Part shown: piece by piece, positions 28,593-41,929 of the stretch
Position numbering within the stretch: position 1 is the first letter of the stretch
Layout of the letters: every line of letters begins with the position of its first letter
From: Eledone cirrhosa
Taxonomy: Eukaryota
Reading direction: 5' to 3'
Assembly (NCBI GenBank): GCA_964016885.1
Contig: OZ024753.1
Location: 8,618,001 to 8,682,000, forward strand
DNA: 64,000 bases
The notes under the pieces: generated by a model
What the model was told of the DNA's origin: nothing
Databases searched by the model: none
What the model saw: only the letters and a program-made list of their open reading frames with translations
Program-made: the position numbers and the translations under genes

Positions 28593-28638
28593 ATTAGCCG
28601 ACAATGTTTCGTCCTATTAAGGACTCATCAGGGCAATT
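28593..28638 (-). ncRNA. Inverted copy of the same hammerhead ribozyme
   Basis: Exact reverse complement of 28794-28839. Confidence 0.85.
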
Positions 28639-28793
28639 AAAACAACAAGAAGTAATATCGGCAGATACAAGCCGGGAGCTCCGAAGAATATGGAGTGTAC
28701 ATACACTAAAGTATTGCAAGATTATGGGTATGTACACTCCATATTCTTCGGAGCTCCCGGCTTGTATCTGCCGATATTATTTCTTGTTGTTTT

Positions 28794-28839
28794 AATTGCC
28801 CTGATGAGTCCTTAATAGGACGAAACATTGTCGGCTAAT
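28794..28839 (+). ncRNA. Minimal type-I hammerhead ribozyme, intact core
   Basis: TTGCC-CTGATGA-GTCCT(TAAT)AGGAC-GAA-ACATTGT-C|GGC; predicted GUC cleavage after 28832. Confidence 0.85.
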
Positions 28840-28876
28840 AAAGACTTTTGATTCTTTGTTTGACTTTCTTAATTTC

Positions 28877-28914
<38 letters not shown>

Positions 28915-28969
28915 CAAGTAAGTATGTTTTGAAACAGTGAGCAGGTTTGAAATTAGAAAATAGAATAGC

Positions 28970-29157
28970 TTTCACCGTATTTTTGACTAAAGGAATTTTA
29001 GTCTAATAATGGGGTTTAGAACCCTCAGATAAAATGGAAAAAGATGAGTATTGACGTACATCTCTCCCATGTACGTCAATACTCATCTTTTTCCATTTTA
29101 TCTGAGGGTTCTAAACCCCATTATCAGACTAAAATTCCTTTAGTCAAAAATACGGTG

Positions 29158-29160
<3 letters not shown>
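28970..29160. repeat. Fold-back palindrome, arms about 90 bp
   Basis: tttcaccgtatttttg...gacgtaca / tgtacgtc...aaatacggtgaaa, 9-nt loop. Confidence 0.9.
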
Positions 29161-29199
<39 letters not shown>

Positions 29200-29263
29200 T
29201 TATCTCGGGTTCAATTGGGAGAAACCACAGCAAGTAAGGTACTCAATACATAGTAAAGTATAA

Positions 29264-29387
29264 ATATTTAATATAGAAATGGCTTCTACAGGACTAGAAC
29301 TGTTTCATTTGGGAGAATGAGAGTCGGCTTTGCTGTTGATTGCTCCCAAATTAAACAGTTCTAATCCTGTAGAGGCCATTTCTATAT

Positions 29388-29395
<8 letters not shown>
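29264..29395. repeat. Fold-back of the 'ggtactcaatacat' family (similar structure at 33101-33190)
   Basis: atatttaatatagaaatggcttctacagg / cctgtagaggccatttctatattaaatat. Confidence 0.8.
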
Positions 29396-29416
<21 letters not shown>

Positions 29417-29420
<4 letters not shown>

Positions 29421-29612
29421 GAAAAAGTATGACCCCGACAGCAGAGCTCAAGCCGTTTCGACAGCTATTTCTGGACTCAAATAGCCGTCGAAATGGCTTG
29501 AGCTCTGCCGTCAGGGTCATAATTTTTTACTATTTCCCACTCTACTACCCTAAGTATTGAGTACTCTGGTGCGTTATGGTCCATCTGGTTCCTTACCACA
29601 ATTCCTTTGTTA
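29417..29612 (-). repeat. 'ggaccataacgcaccagagtactc' family with terminal fold-back (also 5620-5800, 24535-24866, 25320-25487, 54425-54542)
   Basis: Shared sequence, always adjacent to (TA)n, usually with an inverted duplication of gagctcaagccgtttcg. Confidence 0.8.
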
Positions 29613-29626
29613 TATATATATATATG

Positions 29627-29693
<67 letters not shown>

Positions 29694-30560
29694 TAAAATA
29701 ACAGATTAAAGTTTAAGCAAAGAATCGCTGCTTTATCCTTATCGAGCCCTCTTTGGATTTTAGTCTTCAAAGTTATTATTACTATTATTATTACTAATAT
29801 ATATGATGATGATGATGATGATGATTCATTTTACGTCCACTTTTTCCCTGCTTGCAAGGGTGGGACGGGAACTGATTTTGGCTTGATTTCTACAGCTGGA
29901 TGCCCTTCCTAACACCAACCTCATTTACAGTGAGTGCTGGGTGCTTTTTTGCCGTGGCACCTGCACGACCACTTTGCAGTGGATATGATATGGACCCCAG
30001 TCCCTATCATCTCATTTCTACAGCTGAGTAAACTGGAGCAATGTGAAATAAAGTGTCTTGCTCAAGGAAACAACACATATATATTCATGTTTTAAAAGCA
30101 TTGATGATATGAAAATGATAGAGAGATCATGATATTGTGTTGGTAGGGCTTCGTTGTAGGTTATACCAAGGTTGGAGAATCTTTGATATATGAAAACCAC
30201 ATTGAAATGTGTCTAATCTAATGAAGCCACATTAAAGAGAATTTTTATTTAATATACAGAATTACATATAATTATATTCATTGTGCAAATGAAATTATAA
30301 ATATCCTAACAAGAAATAAAAGAAAAATTTTGAACTGCCCTTTTAATCACATCTCTATTTCTCCTCACATGCACACACATACATACATGTACACACACAT
30401 ACATGCACACATGCATACATGCACACACATACACACACACACACAAACACATACATATGCTCACACTCACATGCACACATTCATGTACACATACACACAC
30501 GTGCATACATCACACATACATATATATACACGCATACATACACACACACATACATATATA

Positions 30561-30609
<49 letters not shown>

Positions 30610-31137
30610 TGGTCAAGGTCAATAATATAAAAGAAATTATAAAAATCAATAAAAACAAACACAGAGAATAGTTTACACTGAATGTTATTAGGTTAACATT
30701 TAGGTAAAAGGAGGAAAAAGTGTATCTTCGATGTTTCGAATGTTAGTCCTTCATCGGTCCAGAAAGGAGAAGTGGGGTGAGGGGAGAATATAAAAGAAGA
30801 AGAAAAATGGGAGGGATTTGCACATAAATATTTTCATGCTTGCCTGAAAATGTAAAGTAGTGGTAGTTTAGTATGTGGGACAATCCATGATGATGCTGGT
30901 ATGTGACAGTGATGATGATGATGATGATGATGGTGGTGATGATGATGGTGTATATATCTGTATGTTTGTGTCTGTGTGAATCCAGTACAGATGAATGTTC
31001 AAACATTCACTTCATGATCATGGGCTCAATCACACTGTTTTAAGTTGGGTAAGTGTTTTTTTTTTACTATATAACCTTATGTCAACTCAAATCTTGTGGA
31101 GTTGTGAGTTATGCTTCTTAAGTAAATAAAAAGGAGT

Positions 31138-31172
<35 letters not shown>

Positions 31173-32914
31173 CATCATCATCATCATTTTACTTCCGCTT
31201 TTACCCTGCTTGCAAGAGTGGGACAGGAGCTGATTCTGGCTTGATTTCTACAGCTGGATGCCCTTCCTAACACCAACCTCATTTACAGTGAGTGCTGGGT
31301 GTTTTTTTTCCGTGGTGACTACATGTCCGATTTACAGTGTGGGCTGGGTGCTTTTTTGCCGTGGCATCTCCATGACCACTTTACAGTGGAATGATAGGGA
31401 CCCCAGTCCTATCATCTCATTTCCACAGCTGAGTAAAACTGGAACAATGTGAAATAAAGTGTCTTGCTCAAGGAAACAACACATCACCCGGTCTGAGAAT
31501 TGAACTCACAACCTTTCGATTGCAAGCCCAATGCTCTAACTACTAAGCCATGTGCCTCCATATATACATATGTGTGTGTGTGTGTGTGTATGTATCTAAA
31601 AAGCACACAGTCTATGCTGTAAATGTGGTTGGCATTAGAAAGGGCATTCAGCTGTAGAAACCAACCCAGAAACAGTTCTGTATGAGCAAGATACAGTCAC
31701 CTGATCTGATTTGTCTCACAACGTGACAACTCATCTAATCCATGCTAGCATGGAAAATAATACAACAGGAGGAAACCTGATATTGCCACTGATGATGTCA
31801 CATGTGTGTGATGAAAGAACTTAGACTATAGTATTTCTTAAAGCTTTTTCTGTTAATGTATTAAATATTATACTCTTGATTTGGCCAGGGATGAATATTT
31901 CCAGATACTTTTTAGGTATGACTTTCCGTATTTATTCTTTGTATGAAATATTGATTGTTCTTCCGGTATCTTATCTCTGTTTCTAGCCTAAGAAAATACC
32001 TATATGCGTGTATAAATAATACATGCATATATTTATTTTTTTTATATCCAATTGAGTTGTTCTTCACGCATGGTTAAAATTATTGAAAGAATTAATTGGC
32101 CCGCGTGCATATTATTTTATTCTTTTATGTTTTGCGATGACCTCCCCTTTCTGCTTGATGGCAGCGTGAGATTTCTCATTGTGAGACTGCTGGAATTTCA
32201 AATTTGGCGGTCAATCTGGCACGGAGGGGTACCATCGCTGAACATTAATATCGGTAAGGTTTTTTTTATATCGATATTTGTCGGCCATCCACTGATGATT
32301 TATAAGTGCCCACCTACATATATTCCTACGGACTATATGTAGGCTTCTACATAACCTGGACATTATTTTCCCAGTTTGTAGAAAACTTATAATGAAACGA
32401 TCGTTTGGAAAGAGAGATGTATTTTCATTATGTCCCATATAAAATAATACAACTGGCTATCCGCAAATTACGTATAGTTAGCACCCCAAACGTATAATTG
32501 GGGTTATACTAAGGTAGGTATATCCTAATGTTTGTTGAGTGAGACGGAAGCCGGTCGGAGTATTGCTTAAAGCTTTCTCTGTTAATGTATTAAATATATA
32601 TATATATATATATTTTTAACCATTGGTCAATCAATGATAAACAATGACTGCCAGCTAAATTAACTATTGGGATATAAAATATACAGAATCGAAAACAAAT
32701 CCAAACGAAACAGTGAGTGTGTTTTATTATTATTTCTGGCAATATTATAACAATATGACCCTCCCCAAATATATATATATATATAAATAAAGAGAGGGAG
32801 AGAGAGTAATATGTTGATTCCTGAGTTGTGTCCAGTGGTAACCACAGTTAAAAAAGGTACTCAATACATTGGTAGAGTATAGGCATCTTTATTATATATA
32901 GAAATGACTTCTAC

Positions 32915-32955
32915 TGGACTATAACTGTTTCATTCTTATGAAATCATCAGAATAT
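32915..32955 (-). ncRNA. Hammerhead-like motif in the 'ggtactcaatacat' repeat family
   Basis: CTGATGA-TTTC(ATAA)GAAT-GAAACAGTT. Other family copies near 29205, 33041 and 43240. Confidence 0.4.
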
Positions 32956-33701
32956 ATATATATACACACATATATATATGCAAGCATGGAAAAGCGATGA
33001 TCATGATATACATATATATATGTGTGTGTGTGTGTGTGTGTCGGGTTTAATCAAGGGTAACGTCAGTAAGTAAGGTACTCAATACATAGCAGAGTATAAA
33101 TATTTAATATAGAAATGGCTTCTACAGGAATAGAACTGTTTCATTCGATGGAATCAGTTCTGGTCCTGTAGAAGCCATTTCTATATTTAAAAAAAAAAAA
33201 ATATATATATATATATTAATTAAAATAACAGATTAAAGTTTAAGCAAAGAATCGCTGCTTTCACTCTTAACGGGATCTTCTGAAACTAAAAATATACGGT
33301 TCTTATATATTTGATATATATTTATCCTTATCGAGCCCTCTTTGGATTTTAGTCTTCAAATTTATTATTATTACTATATATTATATTGGCAGTATCGGCA
33401 GAGGGTTGGACGCCATGCTTTCTAGCATAGAGTTACGTCCCTTTATGATCTGAGTTCAAATCCCGGCGAGGTTAACTTTGCCTTTCATCCTTACGGGGTC
33501 GATAAAATAAAGTACCAGTAATGTGCTGGGTAATTGCTGGCCTTGTGCCTAAAGTAGAAACAATCATATATATATGCAAAAGTTCTATTTAAAATTGTTG
33601 GGATACAACAAGTAAATATTTTTATAACTGATATAAAGCACTCGACAAGTATTTGGAGTAGATATACGATATTAATAAATGGAAACTATATTTATAAAAC
33701 C

Positions 33702-33777
33702 ATATTTATTTCATTATACATATTTCAGGGATACCAAATTAAATTATGGTATGCCTTCATCAGACAAAATACAATAT
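33702..33777 (-). ncRNA. Hammerhead ribozyme, same family as 27183-27259
   Basis: TATTTTGT-CTGATGA-AGGCATACCATAAT..ATTTGGTATCCCT-GAA-ATATGTAT-A|ATGAAATA; partial inverted copy at about 33848-33921. Confidence 0.7.
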
Positions 33778-34938
33778 ATAACAGTTTTACAAATAAGCTT
33801 TGACGTACCCTATTAAAATGCAACCATTGTTTTTGGAAGCCATCTGGATGGTATCCCTGAAATATGTATAATGAAATAAATATGGTTTTATAAATATAGT
33901 TTCCATTTATTAATATCGTATATATATATATATATATACGCAGTTCCCGTCCCACCCTTGCAAGCAGGGAAAAAGCGGATGTAAAATGAAATGATGAAAA
34001 TAAATTATGAAAATACACACACAGCATAGACATGTTTGCTATAGTTTGTATTATATAGTATATATTTTAACCCATGCTAGCATAGAAAAATGGACGTTAA
34101 ATGTTGATGATGATATTTATTCAAATAGAGTATAACATCTGCATACACACCATTTTATTCCAGTTGCAACAAATATTATGTGACTTCACTTATGGCTATG
34201 GTGAGATCACCAAGGTTATAGAACTTGTTTACTACAACATTAAATTAACCAACCATCACATCAGACTTCATCCTTCAGGACATATCTAATAATAATAATA
34301 GGAATAGTAATAATAATTTATACAGGAGGCTTCACTGCATGAAATTGCTATCTGTCAGACAATCTCATAGAATGCTACTAAGCTTATTGTGCACTCTATA
34401 ACACTGACATTCCTAAGAGCCAATGAGAGTTTCCTTCATGAGGCTGCCGAATTTGTTGGAAATAGCAATCAAATCTTCCTTGAATCATGCCAATATCCTT
34501 TATGTGGCTGCCCAATTTGCTGGAAATAGCAATCAAATCATCCTTAAATCTTGCCAATGTCCTTTATAAAGGGCAAATTAGATACAATACATTTCGAAGA
34601 TTTTTTTTTTTTATATATATATATATAAGTATATTTTATTCATAGTTGTATAAAAAGAAATATAATAATACAATGCTTACAAAACAAAAACACAAACAAA
34701 TATAGTATAGAGGAAAGGGAAAAGAAAAACAAAAAAAAAAGAAAGAGGACAAGAAAGAGAAAAAAAAACAAAAAACCAGAAGCGGGTAGCACATGCATCT
34801 AGGACCACATACAACAAAAGGTAGGTGAAAGGGGTGGACAACCGCGCTTCTACCAGAGTAAAAAATAACAGTATTGCAAGGACTGGGAAACCTCTAATAA
34901 TTTCTGAGGCAAGCCAACACACTCGCAGCGTTACCTTG

Positions 34939-35690
34939 GGTGATGGCGAGGCTGATGCGCTGGAACAGCCAAGCACCCTCACGAGCTTCACCAGTTACCT
35001 ATGTTAGGTGATGGCGAGGCTGATGCGCTGGAACAGCCAAGCACCTTCACGAGCTTCACCAGTTACCTATGTTAGGTGATGGCGAGGCTGATGTGCTGGA
35101 ACAGCCAAGCACCCTCACGAGCTTCACCAGTTACCTATGTTAGGTGATGGCGAGGCTGATGCGCTGGAACGGCCAAGCACCCTCACGAGCTTCACCAGTT
35201 ACCTATGTTAGGTGATGGCGAGGCTGATGCGCTGGAACAGCCAAGCACCCTCACGAGCTTCACCAGTTACCTATGTTAGGTGATGGCGAGGCTGATGCGC
35301 TGGGACAGCCAAGCACCTTCACGAGCTTCACCAGTTACCTCTGTTAGGTGATGGCGAGGCTGATGCGCTGGAACAGCCAAGCACCCTCACGAGCTTCACC
35401 AGTTACCTATGTTAGGTGATGGCGAGGCTGATGCGCTGGAACAGCCAAGCACCCTCACGAGCTTCACCAGTTACCTATGTTAGGTGATGGCGAGGCTGAT
35501 GCGCTGGAACAGCCAAGCACCCTCACGAGCTTCACCAGTTACCTATGTTAGGTGATGGCGAGGCTGATGCGCTGGGACAGCCAAGCACCCTCATGAGCTT
35601 CACCAGTTACCTATGTTAGGTGATGGCGAGGCTGATGCGCTGGAACAGCCAAGCACCCTCACGAGCTTCACCAGTTACCTCTGTTAGGTG
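34939..35690. repeat. 68-bp GC-rich tandem repeat, 11 near-identical units
   Basis: Unit ggtgatggcgaggctgatgcgctggaacagccaagcaccctcacgagcttcaccagttacctatgtta. Confidence 0.95.
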
Positions 35691-37799
35691 AACCACCAAT
35701 GAAGATAAGAATCTCGCAGTCAGTAGCCTGACTCCTCTAAACATTTCAAACACCATTTCAAAGTATATTTGAAATTGTTGGTTACGGTTAGAATATCTAA
35801 GATCATGGACCTGCTTGATGAAGCCTAACTTGAGGCTAAAATAACATTAGGGTTTCTACAGTGTTGTTTGTGCAGGTATTTCACCCCACCCACATCACTT
35901 AGATATTTATAGTTCTGTTCCTAATGTCAAAACCAAATCAGTTATATTTACCTTAAGCCATTCTGTTTGATTTATAATCCATAGATAACCAAACTTTTAC
36001 AGTTCTTAAATTGATTATGTGGAATTTTTCGGGAAAAATCGATTGAATAGTTTATAGGAATATCCAACCTATCACACATATGTACACACACACTCACTAA
36101 TACACACACACACACACTAATACACACAGACACACACACACTAATACATTCACACGCACACTAATACATACACACTAATACATACAGACACTAATACATA
36201 CACACACATGCACGCACACACACACACTAATACACTCCCCCCACACACACACACACTAATACATATACACACTAATACACACACACACAGACTAATACAT
36301 ATACACTAATACACACACACACACTAATACATATACACATTAATACACACACACACAGACAGACCAATACATATACACACTAATACACACACAGACACAC
36401 AAATACATATACACACACGCACTAACGCATACACACACATACTAACACACACACACACACACACTAATACATTCATAGAAAACCTCTAGAATGTTATCAC
36501 CTTATCCTCTGCAACATTCCAGTAAATTTGATTGACATTATCTGAGAAATATCTTGCAAGGCTTTTCAGAATTTTGTCTGTTTTGCATAAACCACATCAT
36601 AAAGCTTTTAAATTACACACACACATATAATACACACATACACACACATACATAAACACATACATATATACACATACACACATACACATACACACACACA
36701 TACACTGACTACATACATATATATATACACACACATACATATACACACACATACACACATACATACACACATACATATACACCCATACACACACACACAC
36801 ACATACACATACACATACACATAAACATACACCGACTACACACACACACTGACTACTCTCACACATACACACATACACATACATACACACACACACACAC
36901 ACTGACTACTCTCACACACACACACACACACACACACACCAACCACTCTCACACATACACACGCCTGCTATCTTCACACATACACACATCGACCACCTTC
37001 ACACATATATTACGCACAAACATACACACACACCGACCACTCTCTCTCACACACACACAGCGATTACCTCCGTACAAACACACACACACACACACACACC
37101 GACTACCTTCATACAAACACACACACCAACGACTCTCACACACACACCAATGACTCTCTCACACACCGACCACCTTCACACACACACTCAGCGATTACCT
37201 CCACTCTCAAACACAAACCAACTACCTCCACACACACACACACACACCAACTACCTTCACACATACACACACACCCAATACCTTCACATACACACAAGCA
37301 CACACATGCTGTGACCTTTACTCCAGTTATCTGTTTGAGAATATTTATGAGAGCTCTTGTTTGTAAAGAGCTCTGTGGTTAATAATAATAATAATAATAA
37401 TAAGCTGATAGTGCAGTTACTCCTAACTAGATGTTAGTATGGTGTTAACAGCCATAAAATGTGTATATTTAAGCTTGTAATGACAAGCTTCTGGAATAGT
37501 TTCCTACTCAGAGCTGTCACATGGCTAAATATTGCTCCCATGATTGCTGACATTATATAGTATATGTGTATAACCCTTTAGCAGTTATATTTCTCTATAT
37601 ATACTATTGTATTTTCATGGTAAAGTCTTTACTTTACATAATCATCACGCATAATATCGAATTTATGGGATTTTGATGTTATTTATTTTGAGAAGAATAC
37701 CTTATCATAAGTATGAGTGGTCAGTTATGGCTGGTTTGAAGAGAAAGAGGTGGAAGAATTCTGGCCAGATATGGCCAGTTTAAATGCTAAAGGGTTAAA

Positions 37800-38160
37800 T
37801 ACATGTTATGTAATCATGAAAGAAAGATGGGTGAGAGAGGCAAGCATGACCCGAGTGAATGGGCCTGTTCTGAGTATGTGCCTGTAGATTGGATGTGGAA
37901 AACTGGGAGAGGGCACTTGCCCTGGTGGTCAGGGTCACTGAGGCTTTTTGTGGGCTTTCTCCATGTGTGACCCTCGGAAATCTCCCCCTTTGGGGTATTT
38001 TCTTTTGTTTCATTTTTTTGTTACTTCCTTTGTTATGATTTTTTTTTTCTTTACACGCAGAAATGCCCATTTGTACCGTCCTGTACCATCCTGTACCGTC
38101 CTTAATGTCTACTTTGTGTAAACCCTTGTGGTTAATAAAGAAAGCATTATTATTATTATG
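37800..38160 (+). mobile_element. Probable LINE 3' end (similar purine-skewed tails on minus at 13880-14210 and 34620-34940)
   Basis: Pyrimidine-rich UTR, AATAAA, (ATT)n tail. Confidence 0.4.
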
Positions 38161-39189
38161 GGGCTGGCAGACTGGTAAAATTGTTAGAATGTCAGACGAG
38201 CTGTCACATGGCTAAATACTGCTCCCACCATTGATGAAATTACATTATATACCTGTATAAACATGTGGTATGTGATCATGACACTGTTGCAATTATTCAG
38301 TGGATTGGCAGAATTGGTAGAGCGTCAAACACCATGATTTGCAGCACAGTTATGGCCCTTTACGTTCTAAGTTCAAATCCCGCCGAGGTTAACTTTGCCT
38401 TTCATCCTTATAGGGGCCGATAAAATAAAGCACCAGTAATACACTGGGGTAATTCCTGCCAAAAGTAGAAACAATTAGTCGTGTCCAACCCTTGCAAGCA
38501 GGGAAAGGCGGACGCAAAATGATGATGATGATGATTTTGATGATTATGGGGCTAGCAGATTGGTAAAATTGTTAGGGTGTCAGCCAAAATGTTTTCTATA
38601 AGTTTCTCTGTTCTGAGTTCAAATCCTACCAGGATCAACTTTGATCTCGGAGGAATATTGAAGGACCTGGTGGTGGTGATCAACTGAGCCGCAGATTAAG
38701 TCTACCACTTATTACAGATAAGATACATACAGAAATATATCCTGAAATAAGTAAATTATATATATATATCATCATCATTTTAAGTCCGCTTTTCCCTGCT
38801 TGCACGGGTGGGACGGGAACTGATTCTGGCTTGATTTCTACAGCTGGATGCCCTTCCTAACACCAACCTCATTTACAGTGAGTGCTGGGTACTTTTTTTC
38901 CGTGGCACCTACACGACCACTTCGCAGGGGAATGATAGGGACCCCAATCCCTAAATTATATTTATTATTCATAATGTTAGCTTTATTAAGGAAATCAGAT
39001 GTAAGAGAATTCATTACATATATACATAATATATATATGTGCAGAACTTATATTTGTTGTGATTCAACAAGCTTAAAAGTTTTATAACTGATATAAAGCA
39101 CTCAACAGTATACTGGAGTAAATATTTAATATATTAATAAATGGAAACTATATTTATAAAACCATAATTATTTGAATATATAACCGCTT

Positions 39190-39416
39190 TGTACTTAGGC
39201 AAGGCAGGTCTTCTGTATTACTGTGTTGTGCCAAAGGTCTCGGTCCAGTGACATTGTCTTGGAGAGGTGTAAGTGTGTGAGGTTGGAATTTATCAAGTCG
39301 TCCCAGGTTCTTCTGGGTCTGCCTACTCCGTGGCTACCGTCTATTTTTATCGCCCTGCATTTTTTTATACAGTTGTCGTCTTTCATATGCATCACGTGAC
39401 CATACCAACATAGTCT

Positions 39417-39418
<2 letters not shown>
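39190..39418 (-). mobile_element. RTE 3' fragment
   Basis: [20 protein letters not shown]. Confidence 0.8.
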
Positions 39419-39462
<44 letters not shown>

Positions 39463-39492
39463 TATATATATATATATATATATACATATATG

Positions 39493-39526
<34 letters not shown>

Positions 39527-39569
39527 TGCACATATATATATATATATATGCATATATATATATATATGC

Positions 39570-39616
<47 letters not shown>

Positions 39617-39661
39617 TATATATATATATATGCAAGTATGAAATTGTGTTTCATTTTTTCC

Positions 39662-39722
<61 letters not shown>

Positions 39723-39760
39723 TATATATATAAAAATATATATATATATATATATATATA

Positions 39761-39934
<174 letters not shown>

Positions 39935-39936
39935 CA

Positions 39937-41835
39937 AACTGTCCTTTAAAAAATAAGTGCTTAGATAAGGATGTGGTCTATAAATGCACAGTCAAAACCA
40001 GTGACAATATATTTAACTCTGTTAAATATATTAAACTCGTTTTAATAATCACAAATGCTCGTTTAATAATATTGGTAAAAAATCTTCAACTTCTCTATCA
40101 AACCTGATATGGAACTTAAAATCCCAAAATACGGACTATTCTTTAACTTGGGAAATAATTTCAACAGCACCTGCCTACCGAAACACAACTTTATCTAGAT
40201 TTTGCAAATAGTGTGTTGAGGAAATTTTCTTCATACTTAAATGTAAGAACTCTATTAATATACGTATGAATTTGTTTAATTCTTGTAAACATCGCCTAAA
40301 TTCAACCTTTAGAACTATATATAAATTATAATTACACTCATAATATTTCTACTTATTTCCATATATTGTTTGCTATAATTTCACTTCTTATAATTTCACT
40401 TATTAAAATTTTAATATTTTTTAAGTTTTTTAATTCTTTATCTGTTACTTCTTAAATCTTTATTTTTTACTTCTTAAATCTTTCATTTTTCATTTTTTAT
40501 TTTTATTTTTTATTTTTTATTTTTTATTTTTTATTTTTTATTTTTTATTTTTTATTTTTTATTTTTTATTTTTTATTTTTTATTTTTTATTTTTTATTTT
40601 TTATTTTTTATTTTTTATTTTTTATTTTTTATTTTTTATTTTTTATTTTTTATTTTTTATTTTTTATTTTTTATTTTTTATTTTTTACTTCTAAAATATT
40701 TCGTATATTTTTAAAATTATTTTTTTTTAAATCTACTTATCTCTTATAAAATATTTTTTAATAGTTTTAAAAATTTTTTAAAGAATTTTTAAAAAATTTT
40801 TTAAAGGTTTTTTTTTTATATTTTAAAAATATTTTAAAAATATTTTCTGAAATTTTTTTTTAAATTTTCCAGAATTTTTAAATATTTTAAAATATTTTTT
40901 AATAAAATTTATTAGATTTATAACCAATAATTAATTCAGGCTAAATATATATTGCAACATTTATATCTTTGACAAAATGGTCTCATACTAACTAATAAAC
41001 AAACAAAACTGGTGTTCTTTTCCGTATCTTCCCAATTTAAAACATTTAAAATATATAAATATTCTTATTAACTAAGTTAACTTAATTACTTACACTAAAT
41101 ATAAACCAATATCCCTCATAATTCATTAAAACAATTATCTATAACAAGATATACCCATCTATCTATCTATTTTTCTATCTATTGATTCTTCTATTTATCT
41201 ATTTATCTATCTATTTATTTTTCAATATATTTTTCCATCTAATTTTTTATATATATCTATTTTTTCTATCTACTTATAATAGTAAATATTATATTATATT
41301 AGAAAAGAATTCTAACAACAAAATAATAGTAAATATACGTACCGTTCGTAGATATAAACTTAAAACTTATTTACGTTACATGAGTTCTATTCATCCTCTT
41401 GTGAATTTCTTCTCTCTATCTATCTCATAATATTAATATTTTCTCTCTCTCTCTTTCTTCCCTATCTTTCCCCAGCGTCATTTAAATAAACGGTTGTTTT
41501 TTCAGTTATTTACACATTCATTTGCATATTCACACATAACTTTGAATAATCCCTAATATGGTTCCACTATCCAGTGAATTTCCGACCAATAAGGTATGAT
41601 TTTCATGGGTACGACTTTATTTATAAAACAAACTTTGTATTTTATCTGATGAAAGCGCACCAAGGTTGGGTTGGTTGCCCTTCAAATATATATAATAAAA
41701 TAAATATGGTTTTATAAATATAGTTTCCATTTATTTAATATCATGGAATATTTACTCCAGTAAACTGTTGAGTGCTCTAAATCAGTTATAAACATTTATG
41801 TTTATATTCCAACAAATTAAATACAACTTCTACTT
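39937..41835 (+). mobile_element. Decayed 5'-truncated Penelope-like element (GIY-YIG remnant, AT-rich 3' region, hammerhead-like terminal repeat)
   Basis: 39937-40310 translates, with lesions, to [72 protein letters not shown] core at 41646. Confidence 0.75.
40480..40690. repeat. (TTTTTTA)n heptamer array
   Basis: Direct inspection. Confidence 0.95.
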
Positions 41836-41929
41836 ATATATATGTATATATGTTTTACACATACAAGATTCTTAGAGGGAGTTTATATACATATATATAT
41901 ATGTATATAAACTCCCACTAAGAATCTTA

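Larger units (their letters stand above)
28581..28851. repeat. Fold-back palindrome, arms about 123 bp, one hammerhead per arm
   Basis: tcaaaagtctttattagccg...tgtacatac and its complement, spacer about 24 nt. Confidence 0.92.

Noticed and set aside
34939-35690. CRISPR-like array
   Set aside because: Contiguous units without unique spacers, eukaryotic context, no cas genes. CTGATGC in the unit is not a hammerhead core.
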